Source: an uncultured virus (IMG/VR IMGVR_UViG_3300021961_000062) | Lineage: Duplodnaviria > Heunggongvirae > Uroviricota > Caudoviricetes | Reading direction: 5' to 3' (one strand) | IMG/VR virus record: IMGVR_UViG_3300021961_000062 | Span: 1-64,000 of that record | Length of the DNA: 64,000 nt | In this document: piece by piece, positions 29,999 to 35,944 of the stretch | How the letters are laid out: every line of letters starts with the position of its first letter | How positions within the stretch are numbered: the first letter of the stretch is position 1 | Position numbers and translations under genes: made by a program | The notes under the pieces: generated by a model | Databases searched by the model: none | What the model was told of the DNA's origin: nothing | What the model saw: only the letters and a program-made list of their open reading frames with translations

Positions 29999-30644
29999 TA
30001 TTGAAAGTATAGTTAAAAAGACATTAAATGAGAGATATGAAATAAACAGATCTCTACGTCTTATCATTGAAAATGAAGAAACTTCTGATGATGAAAAATT
30101 AGATGGTGTACTTGATGCACTCATGGCATTATCAGATGAGGGTAAATCTGAAGAGGAGATAGAAGGGTCATTGGACGAGAGCATTACTGGTTGGTTAACA
30201 AAAACATTTGGACTGGGTAATGACAAATCTTCGGATGGGGGAGGTGACACCTCTCTTTCTTTGGGTAACTTGGGTTCTAAAGCAGGATCTGGAGTGTTTT
30301 CACAAATGAGAGAGTGGTTTATCAGAAAAGGTTTAGGATTTTTAGGTTTTGAGGGAGCCCTGGCCGACGCTATGGCGGCGATGTTTGCTGATTTAGATAT
30401 AAGAGCAATAATCGCATTGTTCAGAGGTGGTAATGCTTGTCAACAGTACGGTGATCAAATTGCCGATGCGATCCTCGAAGGTATTGGTACCTATGTTATG
30501 GGTGGTGCCGAAAATAACAGTATGGCACAAAACTTACTTAGAAATATGGTATTTGAATTTGAAAAATCATCTCAAATCGGTGAGATTATTGCTAGTAAAG
30601 TGTGTAGTTTCAATGTGAGGGGAGCACTGACAAATTCAATTTAA
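29985..30644 (+). CDS. Putative virion protein
   Basis: Last gene of the late operon; overlaps the previous stop. Confidence 0.5.
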   Translation: MMVNNIESIVKKTLNERYEINRSLRLIIENEETSDDEKLDGVLDALMALSDEGKSEEEIEGSLDESITGWLTKTFGLGNDKSSDGGGDTSLSLGNLGSKAGSGVFSQMREWFIRKGLGFLGFEGALADAMAAMFADLDIRAIIALFRGGNACQQYGDQIADAILEGIGTYVMGGAENNSMAQNLLRNMVFEFEKSSQIGEIIASKVCSFNVRGALTNSI

Positions 30645-30664
30645 AAATTTTAAAAATATATGTT

Positions 30665-30694
30665 AAATGACCCTCCAAGTGAGGGTCATTTTTT
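30665..30694 (+). terminator. Intrinsic terminator
   Basis: AAATGACCCTC-CAAGT-GAGGGTCATTTTTT. Confidence 0.85.
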
Positions 30695-30715
30695 GTTTAT
30701 GAGATATTTATTAGT

Positions 30716-30818
30716 ATGAGATCAGTACTTTGGTCGGTACTCGGTTGATAAACGAAAATAACGAAAAGGAGGTGTTACTTATCTCGGCAAAGGGGTCATT
30801 GACCTCTTTGTTCGTTTA
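30716..30818 (+). ncRNA. Candidate late small RNA A carrying an extended Shine-Dalgarno and a 10-codon mini-ORF (30716-30748)
   Basis: TATTTAT 30705-30711, AAAGGAGGTGTT 30765-30776, closing hairpin 30786-30812. Confidence 0.55.
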
Positions 30819-31080
30819 CGACTTTTTGAAGTTCTTTAATCGCCTTATCCTTCAAACTTTCCTCCACTAATGACTCTTCTATTTTATATTTTTTCTTATA
30901 TCGTTCTTCAAAAGAGGATCCCACTCCGATTTCTAAAATTTCCGCATCGTTTGGTATTAGAGGTTTCCTCTTCCCCATATCAATGACATCATCGACTAAG
31001 ATGTCGTGAAAAACTTTCAGGTTTAGTTTTTCCTTCTTTCGATATATTGTTTTATAAACTACAACTACAGGTGGTTTCAT
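30796..31080 (-). CDS. Hypothetical protein
   Basis: TATTTAT 5 nt upstream (31086-31092). Confidence 0.55.
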   Translation of the reverse strand: MKPPVVVVYKTIYRKKEKLNLKVFHDILVDDVIDMGKRKPLIPNDAEILEIGVGSSFEERYKKKYKIEESLVEESLKDKAIKELQKVVNEQRGQ

Positions 31081-31093
31081 ATCATATAAATAG

Positions 31094-31119
31094 AAAAAAG
31101 GGATCCGAAGATCCCTTTT
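31094..31119. terminator. Terminator downstream of tmRNA
   Basis: AAAAGGGATC-CGAA-GATCCCTTTT. Confidence 0.8.
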
Positions 31120-31531
31120 GGTGGAGGTGGCGGGGTTCGAACCCGCGTCTTGTTCGTCCCAACCATAAAGGACTACACGTTTAGGTTAAGGTTTTTCATA
31201 CCTTCCAAAATATTTGGTTCCTATTTTGACATTGTTACCAACAACTGTGTCGAGTTCACTTTTAATAAGGTAGTACTCTGAACGAGACCTTTGACACTCC
31301 AAGTGGTATCACACTATAAGACTTCTGTTCCAAGGTACATGTCCACCGACCCGTCGTAGGAATAACCTTAGGCTACTGCTACTTTAGAATCAACAGATAC
31401 GAGACCCATTAATTCCATTTGTGAATAAACGTTGCCGTCTAAAAAAACGTCACCATAGATTAAAGTGATAGGAAACATCTCACTACGTGCCCCGTATGAC
31501 TGACTACGCCAATCAATGCCATGTCACCCCC
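31119..31531 (-). ncRNA. ssrA: tmRNA
   Basis: 5' GGGGGTGAC, 3' GCGGGTTCGAACCCCGCCACCTCCACCA with G3.U alanine pair; internal tag frame 31436-31368. Confidence 0.92.
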
Positions 31532-31538
31532 GTACTAA

Positions 31539-31799
31539 TTACTTAGTGTTATAAGGTTGTCTTCCATTACCTGAAGAACCACCTTGTTTTGGTTTGTTAT
31601 TGTAGTATCTCTTCTTCTTTGGTTTTGGAGATTCTGACAATTCAATATCAGATTTAATTTCCGCACTTTTGGGTAACCCTGTACCTGATGGTTTTGGGGT
31701 TCTGTTTGCGGGCTTAGGTCTTGAAACAGGTGCCGGTTTAACAGCGACGGTTTCCTTTACTCCAAAGAGTCTTTTAAAAAATGAAATAATTTTGTTCAT
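31539..31799 (-). CDS. Basic Pro-rich small protein
   Basis: Amphipathic N-terminus IISFFKRLFG; TATTTAT 31817-31823; probably co-transcribed with tmRNA. Confidence 0.55.
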   Translation of the reverse strand: MNKIISFFKRLFGVKETVAVKPAPVSRPKPANRTPKPSGTGLPKSAEIKSDIELSESPKPKKKRYYNNKPKQGGSSGNGRQPYNTK

Positions 31800-31844
31800 A
31801 ATAAAATGTTTTATATATAAATATACGAAAAATTATGGTTTTTG

Positions 31845-32510
31845 TCAAACCTTTATGGGTAGGTGTTTTTCGTACAACGCCTCAAAGAATAATTTACTCT
31901 TTGCCCATTTTTTATCCACTTCACCTATTGATTTATGGTAAAGTTTTATTTTAGTTGTGATACCCACTTTAACTCCCTCTAAGTGATTTAATAAACATAT
32001 GGGTAAGTCGTAGAAGTGAAATCCGTCAAATTGGGTATCAAAGTTTTTCTTTATTCTCTTTTTATGGATCATCATAAACAAACCGTCGATTACTACAACC
32101 TCCTTAATTTTATCTTCGAAGGAATTAGAGTACTTAGAGATATATTTTTTACCATCGTGAATATGACCAACTTGCCCCTGCATAGAGTCCCTATCTTGCC
32201 ACCATTGTCCTGAAATTAAATTATCCGTACCGGCCAAACCTATAATCCCATATTCGGGATTTTTATCAAATAATTTAATGATTTTAGGGGTAAGGTTTTT
32301 AGTTTCTAATTCCAGGTCGTCGTGGATAAAAACAACAATATCATTATCGGATTGATCTAATCCCTCATTATAAACCTGAGTGAGGGACTTAGTCCCATCA
32401 TTCTCAATAAAAATGTATTGATTCTTGGGATGAGAAAAAAATTTCTTAATATGATTAACGTATGTGTCGTCAATTTTTCGAGTAGAACATACAACGGTAA
32501 TTGTATTCAT
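31845..32510 (-). CDS. Glycosyltransferase family 2-like
   Basis: YNEGL..DIVVFIHDD, IDGLFM, FHFYD. Confidence 0.8.
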   Translation of the reverse strand: MNTITVVCSTRKIDDTYVNHIKKFFSHPKNQYIFIENDGTKSLTQVYNEGLDQSDNDIVVFIHDDLELETKNLTPKIIKLFDKNPEYGIIGLAGTDNLISGQWWQDRDSMQGQVGHIHDGKKYISKYSNSFEDKIKEVVVIDGLFMMIHKKRIKKNFDTQFDGFHFYDLPICLLNHLEGVKVGITTKIKLYHKSIGEVDKKWAKSKLFFEALYEKHLPIKV

Positions 32511-32540
32511 AAATTAAGGGATATACCCTTAATGATAAAA

Positions 32541-32732
32541 CTATTGGGTGGATTTGTCAAGACTTTTTTTAATATGTTTAAATGCCTCCTCATAAACAGG
32601 TAACATATCATAAGCGGTGGGACGAGGTTTGATTTCACTTTTGGAAACCATATCCCTTAATTGGTCAGCAACACCCAAAGAATGTGCTTCATACATCAAC
32701 TCCTCTAATAAGTCACTACTTGTTAAACCCAT
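32541..32732 (-). CDS. Hypothetical protein
   Basis: Short ORF overlapping the upstream small ORF. Confidence 0.45.
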   Translation of the reverse strand: MGLTSSDLLEELMYEAHSLGVADQLRDMVSKSEIKPRPTAYDMLPVYEEAFKHIKKSLDKSTQ

Positions 32733-32853
32733 CACCAATATTGTCTAACTCTTGTTGTAATTTTTGTATTTGTCGTTTTATTTCTTGAGTTTGTTTTTCA
32801 AACTTAAGTTTTAAAATTTTATCTATTATCAATTTTTTATCTAATAGTGACAT
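32716..32853 (-). CDS. Small coiled-coil protein (45 aa), not in the ORF track
   Basis: MSLLDKKLIIDKILKLKFEKQTQEIKRQIQKLQQELDNIGDGFNK; TATTTAT 4 nt upstream. Confidence 0.55.
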   Translation of the reverse strand: MSLLDKKLIIDKILKLKFEKQTQEIKRQIQKLQQELDNIGDGFNK

Positions 32854-32892
32854 ATTAATAAATATGTAACAATTTAGTATGTTAAAAAATAA

Positions 32893-33345
32893 TTATCGAC
32901 ATTGGTAGTCCGCCGCCCTACTAGCAATTTGTTCGTTAGGTTTCACATTAACCTTAAAACCTAACGAATTAGCCCAACCTTTCGCCATAGGGATAAGTTT
33001 ATTGGAATAATACTTATCATTAGAATTATAATCTAAGTCAATTTGTATTTCCACCTTTATTTTTTCTGATATCCATTGAGCAATTTCTATTGAATATTCA
33101 GATTCTTTTAATAGTCGTGTAAATTTATCATTTATCCTATCTACACTAAAATTTTTATATATGTAATGGACGCCTCTACTTCCATACCTATATGCGATAA
33201 CAATAGAATATTTTGTGATCAAAGCCGAGTTTTGGGAGTCACAACCAACGTGAATTACAGTGTATGGACACAATTCTAAAACCTCTAAAGTGTGTTTTAC
33301 TATCTCTACTTTAGTTCCATCTATTTTTTGAAAGACTTTGACCAT
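32893..33345 (-). CDS. RNase H-like YkuK (DUF458) family protein
   Basis: VGCDSQ, RLLKE...SIEIA, IDLDYN, KP...ASRAAD; directly downstream of the tRNA array. Confidence 0.8.
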   Translation of the reverse strand: MVKVFQKIDGTKVEIVKHTLEVLELCPYTVIHVGCDSQNSALITKYSIVIAYRYGSRGVHYIYKNFSVDRINDKFTRLLKESEYSIEIAQWISEKIKVEIQIDLDYNSNDKYYSNKLIPMAKGWANSLGFKVNVKPNEQIASRAADYQCR

Positions 33346-33372
33346 TCATATTTTTATTATTTTAAATTATTG

Positions 33373-33446
33373 TGGACCTAGAGGGACTCGAACCCCCGAC
33401 CAATTGATTATGAGTCAACTGCTCTAACCGACTGAGCTATAAGTCC
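33373..33446 (-). tRNA. tRNA-CAT (Ile2 or Met)
   Basis: Cloverleaf GGACTTA..., loop CTCATAA, TTCGAGT. Confidence 0.9.
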
Positions 33447-33452
33447 AATAAA

Positions 33453-33549
33453 AAAACGGCGGGGGTTTGCGACCCCCATTTCTACTTCTGAATATGCTGA
33501 TTAAGTCGACCTCACAGCAGGAATTTCATTTTCGTCTAATTACCGTCTT
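33453..33549 (-). ncRNA. tRNA-like RNA C (acceptor + T-like arm only)
   Basis: AAGACGGT/GCCGTTTT stem stacked on GGGGG-TCGCAAA-CCCCC; central TGCTG/CAGCA arm. Confidence 0.5.
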
Positions 33550-33551
33550 CG

Positions 33552-33625
33552 CTCTCCATCGAGGACTTGAACCTCGGACCTATTGATTAACAGTCAACCG
33601 CTCTAACCGACTGAGCTAATGGAGA
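33552..33625 (-). tRNA. tRNA-Asn(GTT)
   Basis: Cloverleaf, loop CTGTTAA, G73. Confidence 0.93.
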
Positions 33626-33634
33626 ATTGATATG

Positions 33635-33711
33635 TTGGGATGACGGGACTTGAACCCATATGTAACCACTTACTCTTTCTACAAGGTATAAGCTTGAGGA
33701 GATACATCCCA
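33635..33711 (-). ncRNA. Atypical tRNA-like RNA with TAT anticodon-like loop and no 5' D arm
   Basis: TGGGATG/CATCCCA acceptor, ATGGG-TTCAAGT-CCCGT T arm, CAAG-CTTATAC-CTTG. Confidence 0.65.
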
Positions 33712-33716
33712 ATCTG

Positions 33717-33789
<73 letters not shown>

Positions 33790-33792
33790 ATT

Positions 33793-33868
33793 AGGTTGAG
33801 GTAGGAATCGAACCTATCACGTCACGTCCCGTGTTTGCGGGATTGCTCTACCACTGAGCTACTCAACC
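33793..33868 (-). tRNA. Atypical tRNA with non-canonical anticodon loop
   Basis: Canonical acceptor stem, D arm and T loop; anticodon arm TCCCG-CAAACA-CGGGA has no U33. Confidence 0.65.
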
Positions 33869-33875
33869 CGTTTGA

Positions 33876-34034
33876 TTATTCCGCCACGGAATCCGTCGAT
33901 ACCGAATCAACAACCACTTCTTCAACAGATACGGAATCAACAACCACTTCTTCAGAAGTTTGATCTTGATTGTTACTGTTGTTACAAGCGATTAAAGTAG
34001 CGGTAGCGAATAACAGAAAAAATAATTTTTTCAT
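33876..34034 (-). CDS. Small acidic lipoprotein (52 aa)
   Basis: MKKLFFLLFATATLIAC lipobox; EEVVVDSVS twice; the longer ORF-track start overlaps tRNA-Asp. Confidence 0.7.
   Translation of the reverse strand: MKKLFFLLFATATLIACNNSNNQDQTSEEVVVDSVSVEEVVVDSVSTDSVAE
33898..33954. repeat. 27-nt direct repeat with 30-nt period
   Basis: GATAC(C/G)GAATCAACAACCACTTCTTCA twice, in frame in the lipoprotein. Confidence 0.85.
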
Positions 34035-34095
34035 TTCACTATTTTGTTTAATCAATTTATCATGGATTCTTTTGATGGTGACCATTATCCATTTG

Positions 34096-34169
34096 CGGTA
34101 TGGACGGGACTCGAACCCGCGACCACTTGAGTGACAGTCAAGTATTCTAACCAGCTGAACTACCACACC
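34096..34169 (-). tRNA. tRNA-Asp(GTC)
   Basis: Cloverleaf, loop CTGTCAC, G73. Confidence 0.93.
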
Positions 34170-34176
34170 GAATCAG

Positions 34177-34305
34177 CAATCAGGGTGGGATTCGAACCCA
34201 CATCCACTTTCGGTCGGACTGGCTTGTCATTTTGACTTCCCACGTTGTACACCGTGTTGTCCTGTGGAGTACCGATACCTACACATACCAATGTGCGACC
34301 TGATT
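34177..34305 (-). ncRNA. tRNA-Trp-like RNA with 56-nt structured anticodon loop
   Basis: AATCAGG/CCTGATT, G73, D arm, TCGGT/ACCGA stem, GTGGG-TTCGAAT-CCCAC. Confidence 0.65.
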
Positions 34306-34357
34306 GTTTGCCACATTAGCTCCACTTTGTTTTTCCCAAAGAACAAAGAAACTTTTG

Positions 34358-34442
34358 CGGAGAGTGAGAGATTCGAACTCCCGGAACCTTTCAGTTCAAT
34401 AGTTTTCAAGACTACCGCAATCGACCACTCTGCCAACTCTCC
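34358..34442 (-). tRNA. tRNA-Ser(TGA)
   Basis: Class II cloverleaf, loop CTTGAAA. Confidence 0.93.
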
Positions 34443-34466
34443 AAACGACTTACATGGCATGCTAAG

Positions 34467-34539
34467 TGACCCTGGAACGACTCGAACGTTCGACCGACTG
34501 CTTAGAAGGCAGTTGCTCTATCCACTGAGCTACAGGGCC
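34467..34539 (-). tRNA. tRNA-Arg(TCT)
   Basis: Cloverleaf, loop CTTCTAA. Confidence 0.93.
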
Positions 34540-34541
34540 AT

Positions 34542-34617
34542 AAAAAAGAGACCCGGGCCCAACAAGCCGCCCGTTGTGAAACGAAATTAGACGGAAGGGC
34601 CCTTTTGAAGGTCTCTC
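34542..34617 (-). ncRNA. Candidate hairpin RNA D between tRNA-Leu and tRNA-Arg
   Basis: Nested stems AGAGACC/GGTCTCT, GGGCCC/GGGCCC, CCGT/ACGG around a pyrimidine-rich loop; ends in a U run. Confidence 0.5.
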
Positions 34618-34619
34618 AG

Positions 34620-34705
34620 TACCACCTGCCGGAATCGAACCGGCACGGACATCACTGCCCAAGGGATTTTAAGTCCCTCGTGTCTACCTATTTCACCAAG
34701 GTGGC
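34620..34705 (-). tRNA. tRNA-Leu(TAA)
   Basis: Class II cloverleaf, loop CTTAAAA. Confidence 0.93.
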
Positions 34706-34719
34706 AATACTTTTCCCAT

Positions 34720-34743
34720 ATGTCAAAGAACACTTCAAATATA
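34720..34743 (-). promoter_or_regulatory. Host-type -7 promoter followed by boxA-like element
   Basis: TATATTTG (34743-34736) then GTTCTTTGACAT (34731-34720). Confidence 0.7.
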
Positions 34744-34829
34744 CAGGCAATATTCTTTAAAATCAATAGGGATAAAAAAAATCCCCCACATTTCTGAGGG
34801 GGATTATACTATCGTTCTGTAACTACTTA

Positions 34830-35207
34830 TTAATCAGTTAATAATTGTTTAGATTTTTTTACGGGTTCACACCCATCTTTATCGATTTTCACCAATCGAT
34901 TCTCAAATTTATCAAACCTACTGTCAATATAACGGTATATGTCGTTCATGTTGTCTTCATGATTCTTATACATTTGATCCGTATATCTCATAGTTTCATT
35001 ATGTAGGCCATCTGTTCTACTTATTTCACCATCTATACGTAGGTGAAGTTCTCTTTGGTTTTCATCCAAATTTCTGAATATTCCATTGATAGCTTCCTCG
35101 AAACCATCGGAACGTTGCTTAACCTTAAACACACCCATAACAGCATACCCCAATCCGAGTAAACCGATCATACTGAGCGCACCTAAAATAAATTCTAAAT
35201 TTTCCAT
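34830..35207 (-). CDS. Membrane-anchored coiled-coil protein
   Basis: N-terminal TM; followed by a terminator hairpin near 34780-34805. Confidence 0.6.
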   Translation of the reverse strand: MENLEFILGALSMIGLLGLGYAVMGVFKVKQRSDGFEEAINGIFRNLDENQRELHLRIDGEISRTDGLHNETMRYTDQMYKNHEDNMNDIYRYIDSRFDKFENRLVKIDKDGCEPVKKSKQLLTD

Positions 35208-35230
35208 GTTTTTAATTTTTAGTTTTAATT

Positions 35231-35242
35231 ATGTCAAAGAAC
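35231..35242 (-). promoter_or_regulatory. boxA-like element
   Basis: Second exact copy of GTTCTTTGACAT. Confidence 0.6.
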
Positions 35243-35261
35243 GATAGTAATATCTTTCACG

Positions 35262-35404
35262 CTGTAGTGGAGGGATTCGAACCACTCACGAGGTCTTTAG
35301 CCATAGGACATTGTACATATTGTGGTCAACCCATTATCCTACGTTTGTCAGATGTTCCTCACCCCCGAGACAGGAGGGTATGTCTGCCGTTTCATCACAC
35401 TACA
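35262..35404 (-). ncRNA. Giant tRNA-like RNA (143 nt): Leu-type D arm, GTC anticodon-like loop, very long variable arm
   Basis: TGTAGTG/CACTACA, ATG-AAACGGCAGA-CAT, CCCTC-CTGTCTC-GGGGG, GGTTCGAATCC. Confidence 0.65.
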
Positions 35405-35415
35405 AACTGTGTTTG

Positions 35416-35489
35416 AGCCTCAGGAGGGATTCGAACCCCCGACAGGCTGATTACAAATCAGCTACTCTGGCCAACTGAGTTACTGAGGC
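35416..35489 (-). tRNA. tRNA-Thr(TGT)
   Basis: Cloverleaf, loop TTTGTAA. Confidence 0.93.
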
Positions 35490-35579
35490 TTACAATATGT
35501 TCCATAGTCTCGGTTTTTTAATTCGAAACCATATCGGTATAGTTTTAATTATTAAGAACCACTTAATTCTTTTCACCAT
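35490..35579 (-). CDS. Candidate 29-aa cationic Trp-rich peptide, not in the ORF track
   Basis: MVKRIKWFLIIKTIPIWFRIKKPRLWNIL; TATTTAT 5 nt upstream; stop abuts tRNA-Thr. Confidence 0.4.
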   Translation of the reverse strand: MVKRIKWFLIIKTIPIWFRIKKPRLWNIL

Positions 35580-35693
35580 ACTATATAAATAATACAAAAA
35601 AAATTTAGATTAATCAACAGAGTTTATCTTGATTTTAAGAACTATTTATAGTTAAGACCTTAAAAAGTCTAATAAAAAGTAAAAAAGAGAGAC

Positions 35694-35933
35694 ATGGCAT
35701 TTAAAGACATTTTTAAAGACAAGAATGATTACAATGAAAAATCTATTGTGGGTTTTGCATCATTCGCAGTAATGGTATTATTCGCAGTTGCGGATTTGAC
35801 CACAGGTTATTTTGGTAAAGACCTCGTTATTAACGAGTTTATTTACAATTCATTTGTGGTAATAACACTTGGATCTTTTGGTATTGCTGAAGTAGGTAAA
35901 GTTTTCGGTAAGAAGGATTCAACAGAAGAATAA
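35694..35933 (+). CDS. Putative holin (2 TM)
   Basis: Two TM helices, charged C-terminus, directly upstream of the amidase; TATTTAT 35643-35649. Confidence 0.55.
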   Translation: MAFKDIFKDKNDYNEKSIVGFASFAVMVLFAVADLTTGYFGKDLVINEFIYNSFVVITLGSFGIAEVGKVFGKKDSTEE

Positions 35934-35944
35934 AGAAAAAAATC

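Noticed and set aside
34542..34617. Theta (HDV-like) ribozyme at tRNA 3' ends
   Set aside because: The trailers after tRNA-Leu and tRNA-Asn fold as nested stems without the double pseudoknot or catalytic J4/2
34035..35416. ORF-track calls 34227-34460, 34264-34590, 34462-34662, 35231-35416 and the 5' extension of 33876-34166
   Set aside because: They overlap tRNA or tRNA-like genes and are shadow frames
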